Below, piece after piece: positions 48,460 to 60,096 of a stretch of DNA of 64,000 bases (within the stretch, counting starts at the first letter, position 1; the number at the start of each line of letters is the position of its first letter). Origin of the DNA: an uncultured Acidobacteriota bacterium (GTDB lineage: Bacteria; Acidobacteriota; Vicinamibacteria; Vicinamibacterales; UBA8438); contig CAJWLU010000002.1 of assembly GCA_913043225.1 (NCBI GenBank), forward strand, positions 224,001 to 288,000, written 5' to 3'. The position numbers and the translations under genes are program-made. The notes beneath the pieces are model-generated. The model did no database searches, was not told the DNA's origin, and saw only the letters and a program-made list of their open reading frames with translations.

Positions 48460-50124
48460 TTGATGACATCGATGTCCCGCTTTCTTGTCGCGACGTTAAC
48501 GCTGACTCTGCTGCTTGCTCCGAACATGGGTTCCGCCGATGTGCTGTCGGTGGACGTCGCCGAGCGGGTGCGGGTCGAGGATGCCGGATTCGGCGAGACC
48601 GGTGCCTACGAGCAGATCGTTGGCACGATCACGTTCGGCATCGACCCGGACGATCCGCGGAATGCGGTCATCGTGAATTTGGATCGCGCGCCGCGTAACG
48701 CCCAAGGGCTTGTCGAAGCCACCGGTGACCTGCTGATCCTGGCTCCGGCCGATCCGGCACGGGGCAACGGCATCGCGCTGGTCGATATCGCTAACCGCGG
48801 GCGGTTGACCGCGCTTGGCTTCAACCGCGGTGGCAGCGGCCCGTATGGCGACGGGTTTCTCATGCGGGAGGGCTACACGGTGGTCTGGGTCGGGTGGGAG
48901 TTCGACGTACCGGGGGATCGACCCATAAAGTTGGTGGTGCCAGAGGTGGATGGTCACCCGGTGGGCGGGCTCGGTTTCGCGACCGTGCGCGACACGGCCT
49001 CCTGGATCAAGTACGACGCCGAGTCTGTGGTCAGCGCCGAACACCTGCTATCGTTCGGCTCATCGCAGAGTGGCCGCTATCTGCGCACGTTCCTCTATCT
49101 CGGGTTTAACACCGATACCGAGGGACGTCCGGTCTTCGACGGCATGATTCCGCACATCGCTGGAGCGTCGCGTCTGGATCTGAACCAGCCGGGGGCGACA
49201 CCGATTTCGCTCGGGATGTTTGACGCCACCTCGTTTCCCTTCGCCGATGCCGCCATGCAGGATCCGCTGACCGGGGCTACCGACGGCACCCTCGGGAACG
49301 ACCGGAGCCGGGGTAACCAGCCGCGTATCTTCTACACCAACACCGGCGTCGAGTACTGGGGCGGTGGCCGGGTGGCGACGCTGGTGCATTCGACTCCCGA
49401 CGGAACCCGGGACATCGAGTTGCAGGATAACGTGAGGTTCTACTTCTTCGCCGGCACCCAGCACGGGCCTGGAGCGTTTCCCCCCTCGCAGGCACGGAGC
49501 AGCCAGGAGATGGGGAACCCCACGGACTACTGGTGGAACATGCGCGCTCTTCTGGCCTCGCTGCGGTCTTGGGTGGTCGATGGTGTTGCCCCTCCGCCCA
49601 GCAGTCACCCCAGGTTCGCTGACGGCAATCTCGTCGCACCCCGAGATGTGACGTTTCCCGCCATTCCGAACGTGCGTTCACCGGCCGATCGTACAGGTGG
49701 AGAGCGGGTCGCGAATCCCTGGCTCGAGGATGGAGTCGAAGCGGGCGCCGAGCTGCCGATGCTGATTCCGCAGGTCGATGAGGACGGCAACGAGGTCGCG
49801 GGCATCATGCACCCCGAGGTCAAGGTGCCACTGGCCACCTATACTGGGTGGAACTTCACCAATCCGGACGCGGGTGACCCGAACACGCTGGTGTCGCTGG
49901 CCGGGTCCTATATCCCGTTCCCGGCGACTCAGGCCGAGCGTGACCGGACAGGAGACCCGCGTCGCTCGATTGAGGAACGCTACGACTCGCGGGCCGACTA
50001 CCTCCGTCGAATCGAGGCGGCCGGCCGGCGCCTGATAGAGCAGCGTTACCTGCTCGAGCCGGACCTGGTGCCGATCCTGGAGCGTGCCGGTGCGCACTGG
50101 GATCTGCTGACGAGGGGAAACTAG
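48460..50124 (+). CDS. Exported alpha/beta hydrolase-domain protein (Abhydrolase_10-like)
   Basis: NRG, GYTVVWVGW, nucleophile GSSQSG, EYW, GTQH, QVDEDGN, DPRRSIEERY. Confidence 0.82.
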   Translation: MMTSMSRFLVATLTLTLLLAPNMGSADVLSVDVAERVRVEDAGFGETGAYEQIVGTITFGIDPDDPRNAVIVNLDRAPRNAQGLVEATGDLLILAPADPARGNGIALVDIANRGRLTALGFNRGGSGPYGDGFLMREGYTVVWVGWEFDVPGDRPIKLVVPEVDGHPVGGLGFATVRDTASWIKYDAESVVSAEHLLSFGSSQSGRYLRTFLYLGFNTDTEGRPVFDGMIPHIAGASRLDLNQPGATPISLGMFDATSFPFADAAMQDPLTGATDGTLGNDRSRGNQPRIFYTNTGVEYWGGGRVATLVHSTPDGTRDIELQDNVRFYFFAGTQHGPGAFPPSQARSSQEMGNPTDYWWNMRALLASLRSWVVDGVAPPPSSHPRFADGNLVAPRDVTFPAIPNVRSPADRTGGERVANPWLEDGVEAGAELPMLIPQVDEDGNEVAGIMHPEVKVPLATYTGWNFTNPDAGDPNTLVSLAGSYIPFPATQAERDRTGDPRRSIEERYDSRADYLRRIEAAGRRLIEQRYLLEPDLVPILERAGAHWDLLTRGN

Positions 50125-50202
50125 TTCCCTACGACTCACCCTTCTTCTTGCTGCTCTTGGAGGAGCCAGACTTCTACCGACGCGGGTCACGACGCGTAGC
50201 GA

Positions 50203-51876
50203 CTACTCGGCGGTCAGACCGGTGAGGCCACCAACCATTTCCCGTCGTTCGCCGTCGCCCGCCCACAGGATTTGCTCGGCTTGGTGCAGCAGCGCTCGCA
50301 GTCCAGTGCGGCGCAGGGCCGACACCGCCACACCCTCGTGGTCTCGCAGCAGCCGGTCCACCTCATCCTTCTCTAGCTTGTCGATCTGGTTGAACACCAG
50401 CAACTCTTGGGCGCTGATGCCGATTTCCTGCAGTACTCCGCGCACCGCCTCGATCCGCCGCTCGCGGTCTGGCGCTGACGCATCGACCACGTGAAGCAAT
50501 AGCGACGCGTCGCTCAACTCTTCGAGTGTGGCGCGAAAGGCGGTCACCAGGTCGGTCGGTAGGTCTCGGATGAAGCCGACCGTATCGGTGATGATTACCT
50601 CTCGCTCTCGCGGAAATCGAAGCCGCCTCGACACCGGATCGAGGGTCGCGAACATCTGGTCGGCCACGTGGACGTGCGTCCGGGTCAGCGCGCGGATCAG
50701 CGTACTCTTTCCGGCGTTGGTGTAGCCAACGATTGAGAGCACGGGTACGTCGCGTCGCCCGCGCCGCTGGCGGCGGTTTTGCCGCTGACTGCCGAGTTTC
50801 TTGAGCTCCCGTTCGAGCCGCGTGACCCGATCGCGAGTTCGCCGCCGGTCGACTTCCAGCTTGGTTTCTCCAGGGCCCCGGCCGCCGATACCTCCGGCGA
50901 GGCGGGAGAGCGAGATGTCGGCCCGTTGCGTCAGTCGAGGGAGCAGGTACTTCAGCTGTGCAAGCTCTACCTGCAGCTTGCCGTCCCTGGTCGTGGCGTG
51001 CTGGGCGAAGATGTCCAGGATAAGCTGGGTCCGATCGATGACCCTGAGCTCCATCCGCTCGGCCAAGTTGCGAGCCTGCGTGGGGGTCATGTCCTGGTCC
51101 ACGATGACCAGGTTGATGCCGCTCTGAAACGCCCGGATGACCAGGTCGTTCAGCTTGCCTGACCCAACGACCGTCTTTGGGTCGACTCGGGGCCGATGCT
51201 GGGTGACCACGTCGACAATCTCGACGCCGGCTGACCGAGCCAGTTCGCGTAGCTCTTCGACATGAATCTCGAGGGCGGTGGGATTGCGCCCCGCGGTGAC
51301 CGATACCAGGATGGCCTTCTCCCGTCCACCGATCTCACGGGCCCCGGTCGCGCGTGCGAGTGCCTCCTCCCGCTCCCGGATCCAGAGCTCGAAATCGATG
51401 TCGAGCTGGGACGGTGGACGAGGGTCAAGGAGTTCGACCCCGTCGCCGGTCTCGGTGACCGGCGTCAGGGCAGCCGTATGGGCCAGGGTGGGGAGGCCGT
51501 CCTCACCGACGCCGATGGTGACCATGGCGTCGAGCCGGAGCAGGAGGAGGTCTGAACGGTCGTCTTGGCTGAGTCCTTCGTCCGCTAGGTGGGTGTGCAG
51601 ACAGCGGAGTCCACGTAGTCGGCCGCGGCCCGCCCGGAGCCGGCCCCAGTCGGGCAGCTTGATCGACTGGGCATCGCCAACCATCACGTGCTGGACGTCG
51701 CCCCGACGTCCGACCAGCACGCCTACCTGACGGTGGACCTCGCGACTAATCTCGGTGAGCTGTCGGGCGAGCTCTTGGGTCAGCAGCTGGTCGGCTGGAA
51801 TCCGGCGGCGGAACAACCGTTCCAGTTGACGAATCTGATTGGCCTTGAGCCCGGCCGTGTTACCGAAGACTTGCAC
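50203..51876 (-). CDS. hflX: Ribosome-associated GTPase HflX, long N-terminal form
   Basis: IDRTQLILDIFAQHA, LQVELAQL, GGIGGRGPGE, GYTNAGKST, FATLD, DTVGFI, NQID. Confidence 0.93.
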   Translation of the reverse strand: MQVFGNTAGLKANQIRQLERLFRRRIPADQLLTQELARQLTEISREVHRQVGVLVGRRGDVQHVMVGDAQSIKLPDWGRLRAGRGRLRGLRCLHTHLADEGLSQDDRSDLLLLRLDAMVTIGVGEDGLPTLAHTAALTPVTETGDGVELLDPRPPSQLDIDFELWIREREEALARATGAREIGGREKAILVSVTAGRNPTALEIHVEELRELARSAGVEIVDVVTQHRPRVDPKTVVGSGKLNDLVIRAFQSGINLVIVDQDMTPTQARNLAERMELRVIDRTQLILDIFAQHATTRDGKLQVELAQLKYLLPRLTQRADISLSRLAGGIGGRGPGETKLEVDRRRTRDRVTRLERELKKLGSQRQNRRQRRGRRDVPVLSIVGYTNAGKSTLIRALTRTHVHVADQMFATLDPVSRRLRFPREREVIITDTVGFIRDLPTDLVTAFRATLEELSDASLLLHVVDASAPDRERRIEAVRGVLQEIGISAQELLVFNQIDKLEKDEVDRLLRDHEGVAVSALRRTGLRALLHQAEQILWAGDGERREMVGGLTGLTAE

Positions 51877-51924
51877 GCGGCCTCTGCTAGTTCACGTTCT
51901 CGCTGGCGAAAGCGCAGCATTGGC

Positions 51925-53283
51925 CTACTGCCACCGTGCCCTCAGGCTTTCTCGGTCGACGGCCTCACCGTTGAGGTATACCGAGTCGATGTCTCGCGTG
52001 TTACCGATGCTGTAAATCGGGTTGGCGTTGAGCACGATGAAGTCGGCCCGATTCCCGGGTGCGAGCAGCCCGGTGTTGGTGCCGAGCACCGCGGCTGGGG
52101 CGCTGGTCGCGATCTCGATGGCCTTGGCTGGCGAGATGCCGGCCTCAACGATCAACTCGAGCTCGTAGTGCTCCATGTATCCCTGGATGTGGTCTTGGAT
52201 ACCGGTGTCAGCGCCAAGCACCAGCGTGACTCCGGCGTCGGACAGCTTCTTGAGGCTCCTAAGCATCATGTCGAACGATTCGGCGCCGCGGGCGGCCGTC
52301 TCCTCGTCCCGGTTCTCGTAGGACTGGCGGATGCGGTCGATCGCATCGGCGGAGGTCGACTCGGACAGCATCGGCAGATCGACCCACGCGGGCGGCGCGG
52401 CATTGCGTGCCCGCTCCGACACGGCCAGGTTCGGCATGACGAAGACATCGTTCTCGACGATGGCGGCGACTAGTTCGTCATCCATCTCGACGTCCCGGGC
52501 GAGATGGGCGAAGCCGTCGATGTTAGCTTCTACCAGTTCCATGGCGTCCTTGGCATAAAAGATGTGGGCAATCACGCGGAGGTCGTTTGCGTGTGCCTCC
52601 TCGATGATCGGACGGTAGAGGTCGGGGCCGAGTTTCTCTACCGAGCCGCCCCGGTCGTCGACCCAGATCTTAAGGAAGTCGGCATCGGTGGCCGCGATCG
52701 CGCGAACCGCCTCCCGCGCTTCCTCCTCGGTGGATGCGCCCAGTGCAGTCGGTCGCATGGTCGCGGCTCCCGGTCCGGCGTCCGGTCGGGCGATGCCGCG
52801 GAAGGCGGTGTGGAGCCGGGCGCCGCCCTGAGTGCCCGCTTCCTGGTCCGCCTTGATCTCGAAAGCCAGTTCACCCGGGTCGGTGCCCAACGACACGATC
52901 ACGCCGACGCCATGGTAGGCGTAGCGGTCGAGTTGGTCGGTGATGATTTCCCGCGTGTAGTTCGCGCTGTCGAAGCTCAGGTCGTCGACGAACCCGACGT
53001 GTCCGTGTAGGTCCACCATGGTCGGCATCACCGTCTTGCCGGCCAGGTCCACCACTGTTGCGCCCTCGGGAATGGCAACGTTTGCCGCCAGGCCGACGTC
53101 GGTGATGACGCCGTTGTCCACGACGATGACGCCGCCGCCGAGAGGCGGACCGCCGTTGCCGGTGATCACGGTGGCACCCTCGTAAGCCACGGCACTGATA
53201 GCGGGGCCGTCCGATCCACCGCCTCCGCAGGCCGCGGAGATGACGAGCAGGCCGATGAGAACCGAGGTTGGTCGCTTGGTCAT
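51925..53283 (-). CDS. Amidohydrolase-family lipoprotein
   Basis: Lipobox SAAC; DLHGH, FLKIW, IAH, FAH, GAD, GNRADF. Confidence 0.88.
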   Translation of the reverse strand: MTKRPTSVLIGLLVISAACGGGGSDGPAISAVAYEGATVITGNGGPPLGGGVIVVDNGVITDVGLAANVAIPEGATVVDLAGKTVMPTMVDLHGHVGFVDDLSFDSANYTREIITDQLDRYAYHGVGVIVSLGTDPGELAFEIKADQEAGTQGGARLHTAFRGIARPDAGPGAATMRPTALGASTEEEAREAVRAIAATDADFLKIWVDDRGGSVEKLGPDLYRPIIEEAHANDLRVIAHIFYAKDAMELVEANIDGFAHLARDVEMDDELVAAIVENDVFVMPNLAVSERARNAAPPAWVDLPMLSESTSADAIDRIRQSYENRDEETAARGAESFDMMLRSLKKLSDAGVTLVLGADTGIQDHIQGYMEHYELELIVEAGISPAKAIEIATSAPAAVLGTNTGLLAPGNRADFIVLNANPIYSIGNTRDIDSVYLNGEAVDRESLRARWQ

Positions 53284-53291
53284 GTTTCTCG

Positions 53292-53459
53292 ATTATAGCC
53301 GCGTGGTTCCCTCGGTGCCGGTCGCGCCGGTAGCGGGTCTGAGAACGCAGTCAGCCACCTTGCGGGCATTCGGTGATGCCGTTCGGAGACCAAATGCCTG
53401 CGCTCTGCCGGCGACTGCGCCAGGGCCTACGGTCCAAGGGGCAGGGAGTGACGTAGGAT
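53292..53459. promoter_or_regulatory. Divergent -10 hexamers: TATAAT (minus, 53292-53297, 8 nt before ATG) and TAGGAT (plus, 53454-53459, 6 nt before GTG)
   Basis: Read directly from the sequence; spacing is typical of leaderless starts. Confidence 0.5.
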
Positions 53460-53465
53460 CCCATA

Positions 53466-55061
53466 GTGACTTACGACTACATCGTGATCGGGGGTGGTAC
53501 GGCCGGGTGCGTGCTGGCCAACCGTCTCTCGGCCGACGCCGACGTCTCGGTGCTACTTCTAGAGGCCGGGGGCAAGGACGACTACTTCTGGATCGATATC
53601 CCGGTCGGCTATCTCTACACCATCGGGAATCCTCGCACTGACTGGTGCTACAAGATCGAACCGGATCCCGGGCTCAACGGCCGGACCATCCTGTATGCGC
53701 GCGGCAAGGTGCTCGGAGGGTGTTCGTCGATCAACGCCATGATCTACATGCGTGGTCAGCGAAGCGACTATGACCACTGGGCTTCTCTCGGGAACCGCGG
53801 CTGGGGCTGGGACGACGTGCTGCCGGTGTTCAAGAAGTCGGAAGACTACGTGCATGGCGCGGACGAGTTCCACGGGGTCGGCGGCGAGATGCGGGTGGAA
53901 GAGAAGCGGGTGAGCTGGGAAATTCTGGATGCCTGGCGCGATGCGGCCGAGGAGTGCGGTATCCCCAAGATCGACGAATTCAACCGGGGCGACAACTTTG
54001 GTAACGCCTATTTCCAGATGAATCAGCGGGGTGGACGCCGCTGGAGCGGTACCAAAGCCTACCTGCGTCCGATCGCCGACCGTGCGAATCTCACGGTTCG
54101 CACCAATGCTCACGTCGAGCGGTTGCTGGTGGACTCTGCCGGCGGCCAACGGCGCGCGACCGGCGTGCGGCTGGTCGGTGGCGACGAGATCCGGGCCGGG
54201 CGCGAAGTCATCTTGGCCGCTGGCGCCGTCGGCTCACCGCAGATCATGCAGCTGTCGGGCATCGGGGACGGGGCGACGCTCCAGGGCTACGGTATCGACG
54301 TGGTCAATGACCTGCCCGGTGTCGGCGAGAACCTGCACGATCATCTGCAGATCCGCACCATCTTCAAGGTCAAGAACACGGTCACTCTGAATCAGCGCAT
54401 GTCACTGTGGGGTCAGGCGATGATGGGGTTGGAGTACTTTCTGTTTAAGACCGGTCCGCTGACCATGCCGCCGTCGCAGCTCGGAGCGTTCGCCAAGAGC
54501 GATCCCGGGCGCGAATTTGCCGACATGGAATGGCACGTCCAGCCGCTCTCGCTCGACAAGTTCGGCGACCCGCTCCACAAGTTCAACGCCATTACCCCAT
54601 CAGTGTGCAACCTGCAGCCGACCAGCCGCGGGCACATCCGGATCAAGAGCTTGGATCCGGGTGACGCGCCCGCGATCACGCTGAACTATCTGTCTACCGA
54701 TGAGGATCTGGACATCGCCGTGAAGGGGCTCCGGTTTACCCGGAGGATCATGGCGGCCAACGCCTTAGCCCGGTTTGAGCCGACCGAGCACCTCCCCGGG
54801 CCCCAGGTCGAGAGTGACGACGATCTGAGGAAAGCCGCGTCCGAGCTGGGGACGACCATTTTCCACCCGGTGGGCACCTGCAAGATGGGAAGCGACCCGA
54901 TGGCCGTGGTTGACGCCCGTCTCTCGGTGCACGGGATGGACGGGTTGCGGGTGGTTGATGCGTCGGTCATGCCACGGATTACGTCCGGGAACACCAACGC
55001 GCCGACGGTGATGATTGCCGAGAAGGGTGCCGAGTTCATCCGAGAGGACGCCGGCCGGTAG
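53466..55061 (+). CDS. GMC family oxidoreductase (choline dehydrogenase-like)
   Basis: [46 protein letters not shown]. Confidence 0.92.
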   Translation: MTYDYIVIGGGTAGCVLANRLSADADVSVLLLEAGGKDDYFWIDIPVGYLYTIGNPRTDWCYKIEPDPGLNGRTILYARGKVLGGCSSINAMIYMRGQRSDYDHWASLGNRGWGWDDVLPVFKKSEDYVHGADEFHGVGGEMRVEEKRVSWEILDAWRDAAEECGIPKIDEFNRGDNFGNAYFQMNQRGGRRWSGTKAYLRPIADRANLTVRTNAHVERLLVDSAGGQRRATGVRLVGGDEIRAGREVILAAGAVGSPQIMQLSGIGDGATLQGYGIDVVNDLPGVGENLHDHLQIRTIFKVKNTVTLNQRMSLWGQAMMGLEYFLFKTGPLTMPPSQLGAFAKSDPGREFADMEWHVQPLSLDKFGDPLHKFNAITPSVCNLQPTSRGHIRIKSLDPGDAPAITLNYLSTDEDLDIAVKGLRFTRRIMAANALARFEPTEHLPGPQVESDDDLRKAASELGTTIFHPVGTCKMGSDPMAVVDARLSVHGMDGLRVVDASVMPRITSGNTNAPTVMIAEKGAEFIREDAGR

Positions 55062-55084
55062 GCCGGGACTTCGGCCCCGCCCAC

Positions 55085-56839
55085 TCAATAGCCTCGCGCG
55101 GTGCCCGAGCCTCGCCGGTCGGCGTAGCCCGCGTAGTACCCCTCTGGCGTTTTCAGGATGCCGGCAGCCATCCCAATGCTTCGACGCTCCCTAAGCTCGT
55201 AGCCCAGCCGTTCGAGCTCTTTCTTCGTCTCCGCTGACAGCGCAAATGGCTCGTGGTCGATACGGTCGGGTAACCACTGGTGGTGGATGCGTGGTGCGTC
55301 AATCGCTTGCTGGAGATCCATCCCCCACAGGGTGATATTGAGGTAGATCTGCAACACGGTGTTGATGATGGTCGGACCGCCCGGGCTACCCATCGTCATG
55401 TAGAAGTCGCCGAACTCCCGCACGATAGTCGGGGTCATCGACGAGAGCGGACGCTTACGCGGCTTGATCGAGTTCGCCTCGGCTCCCAGCATCCCGTATT
55501 GATTCGGGATGCCTGGCCGGGCCGAGAAATTGTCCATCTCGTTGTTCCAGACGAATCCAGCCCCTATCGCTACTGCGCCCAGGCCGTAGCCGCTATTGAG
55601 CGTGGTGGTGATCGCCGCCACGTTGCCCCAGCGGTCGGCCACGGTGAAGTGCGTGGTCTCTTCTGACTCTGCGGGGCCGTGTGACACCCCTTCGCTCCGG
55701 CCGGCCATGCCGTCCTGAGGGAGGAGCCGCCGACGCTGCTCCATGTACTCGCGTGAGAGCAGCCGGTCGACCGGTACGTCGAAGAAATCTGGGTCGCCCA
55801 GCCAGAAGTTCCGGTCGGCGAACGCCAGTCGCTGCGCCTCGGTCACCATCGAGACGGCTTCCGCCGAGTGATACCCGATCCGCTGTAGCACTGGCATGTT
55901 CAGTAGCGCCAGGGTCTGGGCGATGGTCATGCCGCCCGAGCTTGGCACCGGATGCGTGATGAGCTCGTAGCGGTCGTGGTGAAACACCAACGGTTCCCGC
56001 CATTTGGCCTCGTAGGCAGCCAGATCGTTGTGGCTGATCAGTCCCCCGTTGGCCTCCATGTCTGCGACGATCAGATCGGCCACTACCCCAGCGTAGAAGC
56101 CGTCACGGCCGTGATCCGCGATCGCTTGCAGCGTCGTGGCCAACTCTGACTGGGTCAACCGGTTGCCCATCTCGGGACTGTCGCCGTCGAGCCCGAACGT
56201 CTTGATCGATGATGGGAAGCGCCGGAGTCGTTGACTGCGCTTCAGGCTTCGGGCCAGTGAGTAGGAGATCGGGAAGCCGTCTCTAGCCAGCTCGATAGCT
56301 GGCGCAAGTATCTGTTGCCGGTCGAGTGTCCCGTACCTTTCCACCAGCTTCAGCATCCCGTCGACGCTTCCCGGGACGCCAACCCCCTGGTGGGTGTTGG
56401 TGCTGAGCTCAGGCTTCATCTTCCCGTGCGCGTCCACAAACATGTCGGTGGTAGCCGCCGACGGTGCCTCTTCGCGGAAGTCGAGCGCGAAGGTGTCTCC
56501 GTCGGCCAGGAGTCCCACCATGAATCCACCCCCACCGATATTGCCGGCGGTGGGATAGGTGACAGCCAGGGCGAACTGCACCGCGGCGGCGGCGTCGAAG
56601 GCGTTGCCTCCAGCCTTCAGGATGGCCAGGCCGACATCGGTGGCCAGTGGCTCGGGTGACGCCACCATGCCGTTGGCCGCGACGTTCGGTCGGGTGTCCA
56701 CGGCGACGCCGGCCGCCAGGAGCAGACCTACGACGGCCAGCACAGATCGGACGAGCCAAGTGGTGCGGGGTGAGCGAAATGAAGCGGGGTTGGACGACAT
56801 CAGGGCCTCCGGGTCGTCTGGTACGGTCGGTTGGGCCAT
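55085..56839 (-). CDS. ggt: Gamma-glutamyltransferase
   Basis: GGNAFDAA, GNIGGGGF, DFRE, nucleophile EETTHF, NNEMDNF, PLSSMTP, GSPGG. The start may be ATG 56800. Confidence 0.92.
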   Translation of the reverse strand: MAQPTVPDDPEALMSSNPASFRSPRTTWLVRSVLAVVGLLLAAGVAVDTRPNVAANGMVASPEPLATDVGLAILKAGGNAFDAAAAVQFALAVTYPTAGNIGGGGFMVGLLADGDTFALDFREEAPSAATTDMFVDAHGKMKPELSTNTHQGVGVPGSVDGMLKLVERYGTLDRQQILAPAIELARDGFPISYSLARSLKRSQRLRRFPSSIKTFGLDGDSPEMGNRLTQSELATTLQAIADHGRDGFYAGVVADLIVADMEANGGLISHNDLAAYEAKWREPLVFHHDRYELITHPVPSSGGMTIAQTLALLNMPVLQRIGYHSAEAVSMVTEAQRLAFADRNFWLGDPDFFDVPVDRLLSREYMEQRRRLLPQDGMAGRSEGVSHGPAESEETTHFTVADRWGNVAAITTTLNSGYGLGAVAIGAGFVWNNEMDNFSARPGIPNQYGMLGAEANSIKPRKRPLSSMTPTIVREFGDFYMTMGSPGGPTIINTVLQIYLNITLWGMDLQQAIDAPRIHHQWLPDRIDHEPFALSAETKKELERLGYELRERRSIGMAAGILKTPEGYYAGYADRRGSGTARGY

Positions 56840-56970
56840 CTTACCCTTAACGGGTGCGCCCGGTCCGAGGCGGCTGCTGCTGTGCGGCAGCAGCTATGGT
56901 CGCTCCTATCTCCGGGCGGTTGCGCCGGTGTTCGACCGGCCGGCCAGGATCTCGCGGGAACCGGTGAGGC

Positions 56971-57759
56971 TTACTCCCCAGGCAGAGCTGATCGAGCGCT
57001 GGAAGGACGGGAGTGCGGTCGGTGAGGCTCTTCGTCGGGTCGAGGCGTTTCTGGCGGCGCACTGACCGATGATCCGGACCACGCGGCGAGCGCGAACGTG
57101 ACCGTGGTCCGAGCGTCGTTGTCCTCCTCGGCCGCCACTCGCTCGACGAGCGGAGTTTCGACGTCGTCAACAACGTCCAGGCAGAGTCGCATCTCGTCGA
57201 CGAGAGCGGGGTCTGCCTTCTTGAAACACAGAGGGCAAGGGGGGAAGTCATCGCCGGAGCGGTGGAGTGGTGGCCCGTGGGTCCGGCAGGCGAGCGGCCG
57301 CCATTCGTAGATCAGGCAGGTGCCAGAGTTTGGGCAGAGCGCCGGACAGGGCACGTCGGCGAACGCCTTGTAGTGATGGCGTTCCTCCTCTTCCGAGCGG
57401 AGCTGCCCGACTTGCTCCGGGGCGAAGGTGGAGGTCTGAGCCGCTGCAGTGGCCAGAGCTCGTTCGACGATGCCCTGCGCTGTGTCGGCGGCGGTGCTCG
57501 CCAGTGCGTCCAGACCCCGCCGCAGTCGCCAGGCGTCGAGCGGCGTTATCGAGAACGGCCCGAAGCAGCAGGGTGAGCAGCCGGAACCGCAGACGACGTG
57601 GTCGCCGGCCTTTGCCGTCGCCTCGGCGCTGGCCGCATCGACCAGCGCGACTAGGCACCGGTCGTCCGCGACGAGGAAGGATGCGTCTGGCGGCTCAGGC
57701 GCCGAACTTGGCTTTGGCCTCTCGCCGTCTGGCGTGGAGGATCGGCTCGGTGTAGCCAT
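56971..57759 (-). CDS. YkgJ-family cysteine-cluster (CxxxCxxCC) protein
   Basis: [33 protein letters not shown]. Both ends are uncertain: the start lies inside glcB and the C-terminal tail looks like read-through. Confidence 0.75.
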   Translation of the reverse strand: MATPSRSSTPDGERPKPSSAPEPPDASFLVADDRCLVALVDAASAEATAKAGDHVVCGSGCSPCCFGPFSITPLDAWRLRRGLDALASTAADTAQGIVERALATAAAQTSTFAPEQVGQLRSEEEERHHYKAFADVPCPALCPNSGTCLIYEWRPLACRTHGPPLHRSGDDFPPCPLCFKKADPALVDEMRLCLDVVDDVETPLVERVAAEEDNDARTTVTFALAAWSGSSVSAPPETPRPDEEPHRPHSRPSSARSALPGE

Positions 57760-59863
57760 TGGGTTGCTCACGGCCCTTGAAGACTAGATCGCAGGCGGCC
57801 TGGAATGCGATGCTGTCGTCGAAGTTGGGTGCCATCGGGCGGTAGAGCGGGTCGGGGGCGTTTTGCCCGTCCACGACCGCGGCCATCCGCTGCATTGTCT
57901 CTCGCACCTGGGCTTCGCTGCAGATGCCGTGATGCAGCCAGTTACATATGTGCTGGCTCGAGATGCGGAGGGTCGCCCGGTCTTCCATTAACCCGATGTT
58001 GTTGATGTCGGGTACCTTCGAGCAGCCCACGCCTTGGTCGACCCAACGGACCACATAACCGAGGATGCCCTGCGCGTTGTTGTCGAGCTCCTGCTGGATC
58101 TCCTCGGGCGACCAGTTCGGCTGCTCCTCGCGGGGAATGGTCAGGATGGCGTCGAGATCGGCAAGGTTGCGATTGCCGAGTTCGCCCTGCCGCGCGTTCA
58201 CGTTCACCTGGTGGTAGTGGGTGGCGTGCAGGGTCGCGGCGGTCGGCGAGGGGACCCAGGCAGTGTTGGCGCCAGCCTCCGGATGGCCCACCTTAGCCTC
58301 GAGCATCTTGGCCATCAGATCCGGCATGGCCCACATGCCTTTGCCGATCTGGGCGTGACCCGGTAGCCCGCACTGTAGGCCCACGTCCACGTTCCAGTCT
58401 TCGTAGGTGGTCATCCAGGGCGCCGACTTCATCTCTGCCTTGCGGATCATCGGGCCAGACTCCATGGCCGTGTGCATTTCGTCGCCGGTGCGATCGAGGA
58501 ATCCGGTGTTAATGAAGAACACCCGATCTTTGGCGGCCCGGATGCACTCCGTGAGGTTCACGGTAGTCCGGCGCTCTTCATCCATGATCCCGATCTTGAT
58601 CGTGTGGCGCTTCAGGTTCAGGAGATCCTCCACCTGTCCGAGCGTCTGGTCCGTGAAGGCGACCTCCTCGGGACCGTGCATCTTTGGCTTGACGATGTAA
58701 ACGGACCCGGCCCGGCTGTTCTTGCCCTGTTTCAGGTCGTGTATGGCGATCATCGACGAGATCATCGCGTCGAGGATTCCCTCCGGCGCCTCATTGCCGT
58801 CCTTGTCGAGTACGGCCGGGTTGGTCATGAGGTGTCCGACGTTGCGGATCAGCATCAGACTGCGTCCCTGCAGACTAATGGCTGACCCGTCAGGAGCCGT
58901 GTAGCTTCGGTCGGGGTTCAGCGCGCGGTTGACTGGCTTGCCGGCCTTTTCGAACTGATCGGTCAGGTCTCCCTTGATCAGCCCGAGCCAGTTCCGATAA
59001 GCGACCACCTTGTCCGCGGCGTCCACCGTCGACACCGAGTCCTCAAGGTCCATGATGGTGGTCATCGCGGCTTCGAGAACGATGTCCTTGACGCCGGCCG
59101 CGTCGTCGCACCCCACCGGATGATTCCGGTCGATTGCGATCTCGATGTGCAGACCGTTGTTGCGGAGCAAGATGGCCGAAGGTGAGGCCGCGTCGCCGCT
59201 GTAGCCAGCGAACTGCGCTGCGTTGGCAAGGCCGGTCGTCGACCCGTCTGCCAGCGAGACCACGAGTGCGCCGCCACTCACCGCATAGCCGGTGGCATCG
59301 ACATGGCTTCCCTGCGTGAGCGGTGTCGTGTCGTTGAGGAACTTCCGGGCGAACGCGATGACCTTGGTGCCTCGCACCCGGTTGTAGTCGGTGCCGCGCT
59401 CCGCGCCGTCATCTTCCGGGATTACGTCGGTGCCATACAGGGCATCGTAGAAGCTGCCCCATCTGGCGTTGGCGGCGTTCAAGGCATAGCGGGCGTTGGT
59501 GACCGGCACCACGAGCTGTGGGCCGGCGACGGTTGAGATCTCATCGTCGACGTTCGCTGTGTCGACCGTGAAGTCGTCGCCTTCGGGGGCCAGGTAGCCG
59601 ATTTCCTGGAGCATCGCCTTGTATTCCGGCAGGTCGATCGGCTGGTTCCTGTTCTCCTGGTACCAGGCATCGATCTGGACCTGCAGCTCGTCTCGGGCGG
59701 CCAGCAGCTCTTGGTTCCGTGGCCCCAGGCCATGCACCAGCGAGTCGAGGCCGCCCCAGAAGGCTTCCGGCGAGATGTCGGTGCCGGGCAGTGCCTCGTT
59801 GTTGATGAAGTCGTAGAGCTCCTGGTCGACCTGGAGCGATCCGGCCGTGATGCGGTCCGTCAT
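57695..59863 (-). CDS. glcB: Malate synthase G
   Basis: [70 protein letters not shown]; about 722 aa from ATG 59863. Confidence 0.95.
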   Translation of the reverse strand: MTDRITAGSLQVDQELYDFINNEALPGTDISPEAFWGGLDSLVHGLGPRNQELLAARDELQVQIDAWYQENRNQPIDLPEYKAMLQEIGYLAPEGDDFTVDTANVDDEISTVAGPQLVVPVTNARYALNAANARWGSFYDALYGTDVIPEDDGAERGTDYNRVRGTKVIAFARKFLNDTTPLTQGSHVDATGYAVSGGALVVSLADGSTTGLANAAQFAGYSGDAASPSAILLRNNGLHIEIAIDRNHPVGCDDAAGVKDIVLEAAMTTIMDLEDSVSTVDAADKVVAYRNWLGLIKGDLTDQFEKAGKPVNRALNPDRSYTAPDGSAISLQGRSLMLIRNVGHLMTNPAVLDKDGNEAPEGILDAMISSMIAIHDLKQGKNSRAGSVYIVKPKMHGPEEVAFTDQTLGQVEDLLNLKRHTIKIGIMDEERRTTVNLTECIRAAKDRVFFINTGFLDRTGDEMHTAMESGPMIRKAEMKSAPWMTTYEDWNVDVGLQCGLPGHAQIGKGMWAMPDLMAKMLEAKVGHPEAGANTAWVPSPTAATLHATHYHQVNVNARQGELGNRNLADLDAILTIPREEQPNWSPEEIQQELDNNAQGILGYVVRWVDQGVGCSKVPDINNIGLMEDRATLRISSQHICNWLHHGICSEAQVRETMQRMAAVVDGQNAPDPLYRPMAPNFDDSIAFQAACDLVFKGREQPNGYTEPILHARRREAKAKFGA

Positions 59864-60096
59864 CGGTGTCTTCCCCTGTGGACGATCAGCTTCGCCGATC
59901 GTGAAGGCGACCGGCGTGACCGGCCGCAACTGTGTCTTGTCAGCGGTGGATCATATCGCGCCTCGGACCTGACCGCCGACGTGACGGGTGAAGAGCGGAA
60001 CATTGCGGTCCGGAACAGTCCGCCCCGATATGGAAGACGCGGGTTCGTAGTCGGGGGGGGGTGACGTTCGCTAGCGCGTCGGTCCAGGGGGGAGGC

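Noticed and set aside
60053..60061. G9 homopolymer as a phase-variation switch
   Set aside because: It is intergenic, about 190 nt from the glcB start, not clearly within a promoter spacer, and plausible by chance at this GC content.
59864..60096. Glycine riboswitch upstream of glcB, as known in some Alphaproteobacteria
   Set aside because: No GGAGA / CCGAAG / CUCUCAGG aptamer motifs are present on the minus strand.
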